Assembly: GCA_001179505.1 (NCBI GenBank) | Contig: CDMY01000558.1 | Location: forward strand, 1-51,897 | Direction of reading: 5' to 3' | Source of the DNA: Vitrella brassicaformis CCMP3155 | Taxonomy: Eukaryota; Protista; Chromerida | Length of the DNA stretch: 51,897 bases | In this document: positions 1-10,560 of the stretch, one piece after another | How positions within the stretch are numbered: position 1 is the stretch's first letter | Layout: each line of letters starts with the position of its first letter | Program-made: the position numbers and the translations under genes | The notes under the pieces: generated by a model | Database searches by the model: none | Told to the model about the DNA's origin: nothing | What the model saw: only the letters and a program-made list of their open reading frames with translations

Positions 1-98
1 TCAAAATCAGTCCCAGTGTGAAGGCCCCTCACGCACAACGGCGAACAGAGCTCGGGTGAGAAACACACCCACGCCGCCTCGTCATTGGCTCCTCTGAA

Positions 99-375
99 GG
101 GCAAGGCACCGTGCTGACGGGGACATTGCTGCAATTGCATTGCTGTCGGGGCGGCTGGAGGTCGGCCAGAACATCGTCATCTACCCACACGCAGTGCAGA
201 CGCGCACGAGGACCATTCAAGTGCCAAGATGGGGCAAGGAGGTGTCTTCTGATGGGTGAGTGATTGTGTTTTGTGTGTATGTGTTCGGAGTTTCAAGTAG
301 GACCTCGCTAGTGCGTCGCAGACCGTGTGTCCATCTGTGCCCCGGCAATCGGAGGCGAGGAGCTGACGGACGGTC
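99..375 (+). pseudogene. Degenerate fragment of a translation-factor GTPase domain II, most like selenocysteine-specific elongation factor eEFSec/SelB
   Basis: 99-131 reads GQGTVLTGTLL. After a 14-bp insertion, 146-220 reads SGRLEVGQNIVIYPHAVQTRTRTIQ. 289-340 reads SFK*DLASASQ, then DRVSIC after a frameshift. This resembles the remembered eEFSec pattern GQGTVxTGT..SG..xG / MF....A.QGDR.xIC. Lesions: two frameshifts and TAG at 298-300. Confidence 0.55.
124..145. repeat. 8-bp direct repeat CATTGCTG (124-131, 138-145) flanking the palindrome CAATTG; candidate transposon excision footprint
   Basis: Read directly: cattgctg-caattg-cattgctg. Removing 14 bp restores GTLLSG in frame. Confidence 0.6.
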
Positions 376-1008
376 GGTCGGTCACTGCCTAAGGTGCGAG
401 ACGGTGTGTTTCATGGCCAATCGGCGTGCATATGAGACAGACGTTCCAAGAAACATTCACGGGCGAACAGAGAACGACAGAGGACCCAGACGAACATGTA
501 GAAGAGAACACAGACAACACCATGACAAACATGTACGAAAACACGCAAAGACACGCAACAGAAACCATCGATTGTCAACACGCCAAGACACCGAAGCATC
601 TGGACATGCACATCGTATCAAATCACACGCAAAAAGGTGAGAACAGTCCTGGCGATCAATAGAGAGACACATACGGCACAGGCACGAATGCAGACAGAGC
701 ATGAGCATTGTAAGACAACAGAACGACAAGCACGACACCTAATGGTAAACCGATACATATCCACATGCACTGTACACAGATACATAAAAGGAAGGACAGT
801 GAGGCCTACTGAAACGGGCAGACATGTGTGTCGAACACAGCGAGGACTTGATGGGCGGGCAGCCTCTCTATCAGGGCCTCGACATGTGATCGTGACAGCT
901 TCCCCACCTGCACACAAACGCCACACACACACACACACACACACACATTCACCCACGCCTCCCACACAGCGACGCCTCTCTTTCTCTCTCTCTTTTCTCT
1001 GTGTGCAG

Positions 1009-1178
1009 AGTTCAGCGACGCCATCGACGCAAACGACAAGGACGCCGTCCAGCTGTGGGCTGCTCTCGCCAAGGCCAATGACCAGTCGGCTCTCGGCAAG
1101 CTCCTCAAGAGCGTGGCCCCCAACAAACTCGACATCAAGAAGGCCAAGGAGATCAAGAAGAAGCTGGACAAGAAGTGA
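1009..1178 (+). CDS. Terminal exon of an unidentified gene (EFSDAIDANDKDAVQLWAALAKANDQSALGKLLKSVAPNKLDIKKAKEIKKKLDKK*)
   Basis: Preceded by the acceptor ctctgtgtgcag (ending 1008), strong G/C third positions, TGA at 1176-1178. Upstream exons not resolved. Confidence 0.6.
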
Positions 1179-1779
1179 TTCCACACACACACACACACAC
1201 ACACACATATCTCCTCCTCGGTCATTTTGTGTTGACGCCCTGACCTGCCATCGTTTTAGTCTGCGCCTCCCGGCCACACCACACCTGCTCTGCCTCTTCA
1301 TGCCTGCTCGTGCTGCGCTGTGCTGTGCTGTGCTGCTGCGTGCGTTCTCTGCCTGTGTTCTGCCTGTTCGTGTTCGTGCTACACCACACACACACACACA
1401 GACACACACAGCTGCATGACCTGTGATGTGCCGTGCCGTGTTTTCTTTATTCAAGCCACTCACTCACCTTCATGCTGTTCCATGATGACATGCTTCGTGT
1501 ATGTGGACACACCTCCCCATTCTCCTTCAACAGCGCTCTCACCTGCGGGGGTCGTGCATCGCGCTCAGCTCGCTTGGCGCCTTACTTGTTTGCCAACCTC
1601 AGGGTCTGGGGCTTAGGGTTTTGCGAGCTGGGAGGGACGATGACGACGGCTTTGAGAAAACCAGAGCGCTTCGAAGCTAGTGTGCCTCTGCTTACCTTCT
1701 TCCAAGAATTGGGCGCCACAGCGAACGTCGCCATCTCACAGCGGTCTTGTGGTGACGCCTGAGCTGACGAGGCATTGCG

Positions 1780-2230
1780 ATGGAACTCGGAGTGTGCTGC
1801 GCAAGCTGCTGCCAGATTCTTTCAGTCGCTGGCGTCATCCTTCTGGTATGCAGACGGCTCAGCTGAGGAAGGCAGACAGAAGTAGAGCCGAATATATGTG
1901 TAAGTGTGTGTGTCACTGGTTCGTCAGCTCATATGGGGTTCTCTGTTGCGAATCGAGTCGCCCGTGATGGAGGTGCCCAATGAGTTTAAGAAGCCCGCCG
2001 CCACAAGCTGCTTTATCGCCGCAGGAGTGAGTGAGACCTTCCCACAGAGCACCACACGAGCTAGGTGCTGCATGCGCCCTCTCTTATGTGTGTGTCAGTT
2101 TTACGTCGTGACTTTCCTGCTGAGTTTCTTCTATCTGCGGCGCAAGGCCGCCCTGTCGGCCCGCGCCATGGAGAGGGACCCGCCCGCCTTCCAAATGCGC
2201 TCAATGAGCCAGGCGGCCGCTCGGCAGTAG
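1780..2230 (+). CDS. RNASEK: RNase kappa / V-ATPase subunit f family small membrane protein (98 aa, 3 exons: 1780-1845, 1928-2026, 2099-2230)
   Basis: Spliced product MELGVCCASCCQILSVAGVILLLIWGSLLRIESPVMEVPNEFKKPAATSCFIAAGFYVVTFLLSFFYLRRK... has two hydrophobic segments, an N-terminal Cys cluster and the CFIAAG motif. Both introns are GT-AG and phase-consistent. Confidence 0.8.
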
Positions 2231-2897
2231 CCAATTCACATCTACCAGCGCCCCTCACCTCGGCTGACCAAGCTTGCAAGCAGAATGAATGGGATGCATG
2301 TTTTGGCGTCTCTGGCCGGCTGGCTGGCTGTGTGAGTGGGTGGTGATGCATGTGTGAATGTCCGTTCCCTTTTTTCTGTTGGCGATGGCTGGCTGTCGTG
2401 ATAGGTACCGGTCTGGTCTGCGTGGCCATGTGAATACACAGTGACTGATTGAGTGACAGACACCGACCGGCTGTGCATGCGACTGACTGACTGACTGGTG
2501 TGCCTCGAGTGTGACGATTGACTGGCCGGCTGATTGACCCCAAAATGCGTGTGACGCAACCAGAAGCTCTCCCATCATCAGCTCTTTTACCCGTTCACGC
2601 CACATGCACCGCACTTGTCAGTCTATTCTCACGCGCACACACATATTCGCGACAGGAAAAGCCTAACAGAACCACGGGCGATTCTCACGTTGCCTTGGTT
2701 ACTGATGAAAGTCACACACTTGCCTTGCCTTGCCTGCAGCCGAACCTACTCACTCACTTCTTCCCACTAGCTAGCTGTACATTCCTGCTCTCACTCTCTC
2801 TGTAAAACAGCCTGCCTCCATCTTCTCTCAACAGACAAGGAACCGCACGCGTTGCTGACAGCATGCACGGCTCTCTATCGACAACCCACCCACCCAC

Positions 2898-4155
2898 TCA
2901 TGCCTTGACAAACAGGCGGATTTCGCCCCTATCGCCCCGTGTGACCCTCTTCTGCCCGTCTGCATAGATCACGTCGAAGAAGCCGCTCCTCGCCTCCCGC
3001 TGGCCTATCGGCAAAGACGCCGTACCCAGTGGCAGGTCAAGGTCAGGCAGGTTCTTCATCAGAAAGCCCTCCAGCCCCTCCCCGCCCATCACACCCTCAG
3101 GTGCCCTGCGAATCCGCGGCCGCGAGAAAGCTGTCTCGGCATCGAAAGACGGGTCCAGGGCGATGTCGATGTACGATCTCGGCGAGATGGTCGTCCTGTC
3201 TTGGAAGATGCGGAAGCGTGACGGGTACATCTGTGGGTCGCCCATCTGTGCCTCATGGTAAAGGACGAGTGTCGGCAGGGGTGGCTTGGGCAAGGGGATC
3301 GACTGGACCAGATTTGAGTACTGCAGCTCCACGATGTTGTCGATGCGGTCGCCTCGAGAACCGATCCGCTGAAAGAGACCACACAGGAGGTGCAAGGCCG
3401 TGAGAGACCCACCTGGCTGATGGATTCGTCCGTCCATCAATGACCCACCTGGTAGACCCGCTTAACACGGAACGGTACTGCAGCTCCCAGCCTGGGCCCT
3501 GGACGCATCCCGCCGAGACTGCCCGACGCGAAACCAGATGAATAAATCAGCTTCCAAAGCCCGGAAACGTCTGCCAGGTCCTCATACAGATTGGGCGTCA
3601 TCTGAGCGTCCTGCACAGATGACTCGAACTCGCTCACCAGCTGACACACACACGACACACACAGGAAGCCTGTATGTATGATGCATAGCAGGCTCACAAG
3701 TGAGTGAATGCTCACCCGCCCGATCTTGTTGACGTCTTTTTCAGGTGCGCCCAAGCCAAAAGGGTGTGAGGCTGTCACATCACTGACGGCGTCGAAGAGC
3801 TCCTGCAGACAACACACCGTCACCGACGCATCGATGGGTGCAGGCGCGTGTGTCATGCTCTTGTCTGTGAACGCCTCACCTCTCTCTTTTGGTCCACGAT
3901 GCGCTTCGCTGCCTCGAATGACTCGTCAGACTGATACGACACATCCACAGTCTGCGAATGCGACATCGCGTCGCCCTCTCCGCCGCCCTGGTCATCATCC
4001 GCGGCATGCAGCCGTGTGCTGCTGCTGACGCATGGCTGCTCACTCCTGCGTTTGTGCCGAGTCAGATGAGCATACAGGTGGAGAGATCTGGGCTGCAGAG
4101 GGGCGTGGAAGGCGTGCAGAGCGCCTTGGACGAGGAAAAGCAGCAGAAGCTTCAT
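2898..4155 (-). CDS. PAP/fibrillin (plastoglobule lipid-associated) protein with a bipartite plastid-type leader
   Basis: Start MKLLLLFLVQGALHAF; internal GLWKLIYSS; C-terminal FDVIYADGQKRVTRGDRGEIRLFVKA* matches the fibrillin Y.D..RI.RG..G..F pattern. Multi-exon. Confidence 0.85.
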
Positions 4156-4355
4156 CTTCTCCTTTTGGTTGTTCTGCTGCGAGCTGGAAGTGCATGCGGA
4201 TCTCACACTGACTTGTTAATTAGTTAGTACCAGAAAGACGGACACGGTCGGTCAATGTACACAAGCACACACATCAAAACCACCGCCAGTACAAACAAAT
4301 GCACAGACAAGCCGGGAGGGACACACTCTCACTCACTCACTGGAGGGACACGCCG

Positions 4356-6338
4356 TCACCTCCCCCACCGCTGTGTCGTAATGGCATAACTCTTAAGACC
4401 TCTGGACCACACACACACACACACACACACACAAGTGGCTGCAACATGTCTGTCGCCTGCCTGTTGTTTTGAGCGTGATGAATCAATCGGATGCACGTAC
4501 CTTCTCAATGGCGCATCGCCCTCGCCCCAAAACTCGCTGCAAATACGCACACACGCACAGCAGGGACATCACCCAGCCACACAAAGGAGTCGAGTATATG
4601 TGTGTGTGGCCAGCTGGCGCTTACTAGATCTCAGCCGAAGTGAGCAGATACGGCGGCAGGCCTCTGAGTGGCTCGACCACAGTCAGCACGTCAGCGGGCG
4701 TCAAAATGTGCATCACCCAACCCTTGAGCCGCCTGCGCCAGCGTGAGAAGGCTGCCAGCGATGACCGCATCGACACCAAGGACCGCAGCACCAGCCTCAC
4801 AGTGTGTCGGAGAGCGGCCGAGAGGGACCATTTCGACCAGAGGGATGATGGGAATGGGGGAGGCCGCACGACCACGATCATGTCACAATAGGGAAAGTCT
4901 CCTGAAGGAAGCGAAGCAGACAGACAGTTACAATGAATGCAGTCGGTCGGCCCTGTCTTTCATTGCTTACCTCCACATCTGAGCCGCCCGTAAGTGTCGT
5001 CATAGCTGGCCGTGAGCTGTGCCTTGAGCTTCCCCCACTCGCCCCTCACGCCACCGTCCCTCCCTGGGCGGCCCACCACGGCCTCCTCCGGCCCACCTGC
5101 ATCCGTGTCAGGTGTCCGGGGCCTGTCGGGGCCGGACCCTCCCCCACCTTCACGTGCAGCCCTCCTCATGTCGTCCTTCCCGTCCTCTCCTGACAGTATC
5201 CGCACCCGCAATGGCCTCACCGTCGACTGCGTCGTCGCCGCCACTGCCACTGCCTCTGGGGGCAGCTGTGTCGCCCTCTTGTTGTTGCTGTTGCTGTGGC
5301 TGCTGCTGCTGCTGTTGTTGGTGTGATTGTTGTTGCGTCTTGTGAGTGTGTCTGTGACGGTGTCGGCTGATAGAGTGCTGACGGATGGCGTGTTGCTGGC
5401 GCTGCGTAGATGTGAGGCGGTGGTGGGTGTGGAGGGCGGGCTGGAGGTCTTGGATGAGACGTAAGTGTGTGAGGTGGGGGAGGGGAGGTCGCCGTCTGTG
5501 ATGGGGCAGCCGCATGAGGAGGGCGAGAGGGAGGGGACCGTCACAGAGAGATGCTGCCGGACGGGCTTGGGGACGTACACATACAGGGAAGAGGCGTACG
5601 GCTTCAGCAAACCTGCAGACAGATGGATGAGTAGTCAAGACAGACACTCATGCTTCCCGATTGATGAATGGATGGATGGCCATCAGATGAGATGTGTGTG
5701 CATCGACTGTTACCTCGTTCATCAAAGAGGGTGACGCACTCAATGTGCGTCTCCCAACAGACGCCCAACATACGACAGCAGTCCTCAAGCAGCCCCGGCA
5801 CATGCTGGCAGGGCAGCCACACAACAAACATCACAACACAACACAATCCATACACACACATGTTAAGGAACCATGCCATCTGTTCCACCGATGCACCCAC
5901 CGACCTGCAGCTCATCTGACTTGAAGACCAGGGCGATATGCTGCGGCCGTTTCCTGGCCTCCTCCTTGGCGGCACTCATCCGGGAGCCAGACGGGCGGCC
6001 CGGCGGCCTGGTTGAGCGCCTCGCACAGGCCACCTGAGCCGCCCATCGCTCGAGGACGACAAGTCGGAGCAAGAGATAGGACAACAGTCGCCAGGGCAGA
6101 GATGTGACGGCCTTGACAGACCGGTGGATGGACGGGTGCAGGCGGAGGATGCACGCCTGCAGTGCACAGGCACAATGACAAGTAACAGAAGGTGTCGGTC
6201 GTTTGTTTTGTCTATAGATTAATTGCGCGTGTGTGTGGTCATCTCATCTGTCACCTTGATGATCAGTGCAGCGATGAAGATCCGCCGGAGCAGCCACCCT
6301 GCCATCCTCTGCATCACTCCTTCCACTGCTCCAGCCAT
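4356..6338 (-). CDS. NUS1: Dehydrodolichyl diphosphate synthase complex subunit NUS1 / Nogo-B receptor homologue
   Basis: Hand-spliced: hydrophobic N-terminus (MAGAVEGVMQRMAGWLLRRIFIAALIIK), KRPQHIALVF, IECVTLFDERGLLK, LRVRILSGEDGKDDMRRAA, GLPPYLLTSAEIY and the C-terminal RGLKSYAITTQRWGR* (RxG tail). The motif order matches NgBR. Confidence 0.8.
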
Positions 6339-6537
6339 CCCGTCTTGTCAATCGGTAATCCCTTGCTGGTCCGCAACCCGTGGTCAGCTTGCCACGGCGA
6401 TGACAGACAGAGCTCCCACTCCACTCACGGCTCCAGCCTCAGGTGAGATAATCTTAGGCCGCTGAAGTCCAATTTCTTGCTCAAGTCACACTGTATGCCT
6501 GCGTGCCCTCTTTCCCTTCTTCGCCTCTCCATCCCGA

Positions 6538-6554
6538 AGCTCGCATGAGCTCGC
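6538..6554. promoter_or_regulatory. Tandem AGCTCGC motifs in the NUS1 / LNR-TLDc divergent promoter (example of a recurrent 5' motif)
   Basis: aagctcgca-t-gagctcgcc. The same heptamer occurs in most 5' regions of this window; function is inferred. Confidence 0.35.
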
Positions 6555-6616
6555 CTCCCAATGTATCTTTTGTGACAGGGGGAAAACGCATTTTCAAGCG
6601 GCATTCTTAGCACCTG

Positions 6617-9448
6617 ATGCGCTATAAGGTCACGCTGGTGAAGTTGGCTGCATTTCTCTCAGTCGCCCTGGCTGCCTTGCTCTCCGTCGGCGTCGTCGAC
6701 ACTGACGCAAAGAGGAGGAAAGCGAGAAGGTTGCAAGGTACGTGAGTGCCTGCCAATGGCTGACGACAGACAGACAGATCTGCCGTGCCAGACAGAGGGA
6801 TGTGCCACATCTGATCCACATCCGGCTGCATGTCTGTGTTTGTGGCTGTGTGTTGGATGGGGTGGGTGCAGTTGGCTCCTCGGTAGAAGACAGGGGAGAG
6901 ATCCCGCCGGGCTGCCAGGGGCGTTGTCGTGAAGAGAACTTCTGGAACGACGACGTGTGCGACTTGGAGTGCTACAACCCCGAGTGCGAATGGGACGGCG
7001 GCGACTGCGACCCAGGCACCAACACTTACACACACACACACACATCTTTACACTTGCCTGCCTATACGCTTGCTTACTCACATAGACGCACTCACATAGA
7101 CGCACTCACATGGACGCGTCTCTGAATGCACATCTGTTTGCTCGGTGCCTGCCTGCAGGTGTGTTTTGCGAGGACTTGGCTTCGTATTGCAAGTGGAACG
7201 AGACCTGTGTCCAGGACGGTGACAGAAGGGCCTGGTGCGTGAGCTTGTGCGCACAGAAGTACTGCCCAGGAGAAAACCAAAAGTGCGAGGTGCGGACCTA
7301 CTCACACACATTCAGACATGGACCCATTCCTGCCTGTCTGTGTGTGTGTGTGTGTGCGTGCGTGTGCCTGCAGGTGCGGCGGCCTGATGATGGTGACGGT
7401 GACAGCAACGAGGAGACAAAGGGCGTTGCTGAGTGCGTGTGCAAGGCAGGATACACACGAACAGACGACGGCAGCTGCCAAAAGGAAGAGGAAGGTAAGC
7501 CGATCGACAAACGCGTAACACAGACAGCTACATCCATCCATCCATCGATCTGTTTTGCTTTGCTTGTGTGTAAATTGCATATATTCAGAGCCCCCAGCGA
7601 TAACCCAGGCAGTGATGAGAGGAGGAGAGCGGCCCGAGCGGACCGAGCGGCCAAGAATAAGACACGCAGAGCTCCCGCCGATGCCTCAGACAACGCCCCC
7701 ATCCCCGACAACTCCCCGGACAATGCCCCAGACGACAAGCACAACAATACCGCCCCAGACAACAACAACGGCACCGCCACCACCACCAACGATGCCTCCA
7801 ACAGATCCCCCAACAACAACAACAACAACTACAACTACGACAACTCCACCGCCGCCAACGACTACAACTACAACTACAACTACGACAACTCCACCGCCGC
7901 CAACGACTACAACAACAACAACACCAGCGCCGCCGCCCCCGGCTGTAAGTTCACGAGAGAATCCACATAGACAGATAGACAGATGAGATGACGTGATGTC
8001 CGTCTGTCCGTCTGTCGGTGCTGTCTGTGCTTACTTGCAGCCAGCCGGTCCGGTCCCCGGGAGTGATCTGACGGCCGCCCAGTACTACCGGCTCCTTGCC
8101 TGGTTCGGCGAGGCGGCCGGCGGGGGTAATAGGAAACTCGACCTTCTCTACAAGTACATAACACAGACACATACATTTACACACACATATCCCCGTCGCA
8201 TGTGTGCCTTTGTTTGTCGGTCAGGTCGGATCGCGACGGCACCTCACACGGCGACATGCTCGACAAAGTCAAAGACACAAGTAAGGGAGTGAGCAGCCAT
8301 GTCTTCCTGCCTGCCACCGACTGACACACATGACACGTGTGAATGAATCTAGGGAATATACATACCTGCGTACCTACCTACCTACCTGGCCGTTTCTCTC
8401 TCTGTCTGTCTGTCTGTCTGTGTGTGTGTGTCCCACCTGTCCACCCACAGGTGGTGTAGTGTTGATAGTGAGGAAGGGCGAGTACGTCTACGGGTGTTAC
8501 TTGGGCAACACCCTCCAGGTGCCGGGGAGCAGAGGAGCTTCGTCCACTTGCGGCTCCACCACCGTCACCCGCACCACGCCGGCGACGTCAAGGTGGGCGA
8601 CGTCAAGGTGGACGCCGCCCTGGCGGCGGCAGCCGGTGCAGACGGTGCAGACGGTGGAGACGCTGCCCTGCGGGTCGACGGTGGGCGCCACTCCCATACC
8701 CTATGTCAAGTACTCTTGTGCCGTCTGGCTCTTTTCGCTCAACGGTAGGTGGGTTAGGTAGGGCGTCGGGTGGGCGGGGTGGGGTGGGGACAGGACACAG
8801 ACAGACAGACAGACAGACACAGAAAGGGCGGGTTGGGTGGCGCATCGCATCCATTGATATATATCAGTCTGCATTGATTGAATGCGGGAGTAAAAGTGTG
8901 CGTGTGTGTGTGTGTGTGTTGCTGTGGATGGATCAGGTCACTTTGCCCGGCCGACGAAGATCCGACTGCCGCCAGGTACCTACCCACCCCGTCCGTGTGC
9001 ACAGATGCATGTGCCGGCTTCCTTCCTTTGAGTGAGGTGTATTTGTTGCCTGCCCTGCCTGTGTGTCTGTGTCTGTCAGATATTCAGGGCTTCACTGTGG
9101 CGTCGCGTGACAGCGGGGTGCCCCTCGAGTGGGGCAAGGCCAAGATCAGCATCCCACACAGCGAGTACCTGCTCTTCGGATGGGACGACCCTGAACAAGT
9201 GAGCCAGCCGTCACGTCACACCCACGGCCACCCACCCAGCACAAGGATCGATCACACACAAATGAATGGTGATGGTGTGGTGTGTATGTCAGAGTGACAA
9301 TCTGCTATCGATGAAGCATGCCCTCGGCAAGGCCCACCTCCCCGCTGGCTACACGGGGCCAGTTGACGATGAGGGCAACGCGCTGCTGGGGGGCGAGCAG
9401 CAGTTCACGGCGGACTGGCTCGAGATATTCCACGTCAGTGACACCTGA
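6617..9448 (+). CDS. Predicted secreted protein: signal peptide, LNR (Notch) repeat, EGF-like Cys modules, Pro/Thr mucin-like stalk and C-terminal TLDc domain
   Basis: MRYKVTLVKLAAFLSVALAALLSVG; CREENFWNDDVCDLECYNPECEWDGGDC (LNR); ECVCKAGYTRTDDGSC (EGF-like); PPPPTTTTTTT repeats; LDLLYKSDRDG...VVLIVRKGEYVYGCY...VWLFSL...LLGGEQQFTADWLEIFHV (TLDc). About ten introns. Confidence 0.75.
7780..7942 (+). repeat. Coding tandem repeat (ACA/ACT triplets and a recurring CGACAACTCCACCGCCGCCAACGACTACAAC unit) encoding the Thr/Pro stalk
   Basis: Visible directly; splice phase selects the PT-rich frame. Confidence 0.8.
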
Positions 9449-10560
9449 CTGCCTGGCTGACTGACTCCATTTTTGGCTGACTCCATCTATTTTTTTGCCG
9501 CGCGTCCGTGCTGCTGCCTGCCTGTCCGTCCGTCCGTCTGCATTGCATGCGTTTGGTCCATCGCGTTTTTCGAATGCATATGCATTGATATCATGAAGGG
9601 TGTCAGGCAGTGTGTAGTGTAGTGTGGATATGTAAATAAGCAGGAACGTAGTCGTCTCCCTCTCTCTCTCTCTCTGTCCGTCTGTCTGTCCGTCAGTCTG
9701 TTTGTCCGGCTGTCTGGGGGTGTGGATGCCCTCTGTCGTCTTTCTCGCCTGTGTGTCTTTATTTTTGGCGTCAAGTCAGTCAGTCTGCCTTATGCGTTCC
9801 GTTGGTAGGTGTCAGTGAGGCCCGGCGGCTCATGTCACGAGGCACCGGGCCTGACCGACAGTAAGTGGTTCATCCCTCTGCACTGCACTGCTCGGCGATA
9901 AGTCAGTCAGTCAGTCAAGACATACGTCTGTCAGTCGGTGTGTGTCCGTTTTGTATCTTCGTGTCTGTGTCTGCCTACTGTAGGGAGAGCATAACCCATG
10001 CACCGGCATATGCGCCGAGACGTGGGACGGGGCGGGGCGGGACGGGACGCGGCAAAAAGGCCGTCAAACGGGTCAGAAACGCAGTCAGCTATTGAGTGTC
10101 TTCTAAGCAGGCCTTTTTTTCTTGTCCCTCTCACGCTCAACCAATTGCAAGCGTTCTGTGCGCGAGGGATCAAGGAAAAAGCAGCCGTCGTCCAAACAGA
10201 CAGATCAGTTGTAATCTGCCGCTGCTTGCCCTGTATTCGACACGCTGCGCCGCCGGCTCCGGTTCACGTTGCGGTCGGCCCTAACTCACATCGGGAGAGG
10301 GACTGGAAAAAGCTCGCACGTGTCGACAAGCCAAAAAGGAAGGAAAGGGAAGAGGGAACCGAAAGAAAGGCCCTGTACACCGCCGCAGCGACTCGTGAAG
10401 ATGCCTTGAAGCAATGATGACGTCTTTCTTGCCGCACGCTCGAGATTGGTCCGTTGAAACGACGCCGATAGGCTGCTGATGGTGGACGTACGTCGGCAGG
10501 CCATTCAGCACACCAGCTGAGGCGCTGTGGACCAATTTTGAACCCGGCTGGCGACCTGGC

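Noticed and set aside
1612-1622. Telomeric repeat or telomere-targeting signal (TTAGGG; also near 44650)
   Set aside because: Isolated single units, far from the retroelement junctions.
7588-7970. The Asn/Asp-rich frame of ORF 7110..7970 as the real protein
   Set aside because: Splice phase at 7494/7589 and 7945/8041 selects the Pro/Thr frame.
1780-9448. A functional V-ATPase cluster (subunit f plus a TLDc protein)
   Set aside because: Two unrelated genes lie between them, the TLDc protein appears secreted, and nothing suggests co-regulation.
9998-10417. A separate 139-aa gene upstream of the Myb gene
   Set aside because: No recognisable motif, weak codon bias and includes simple repeats. 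More likely promoter or 5' UTR.
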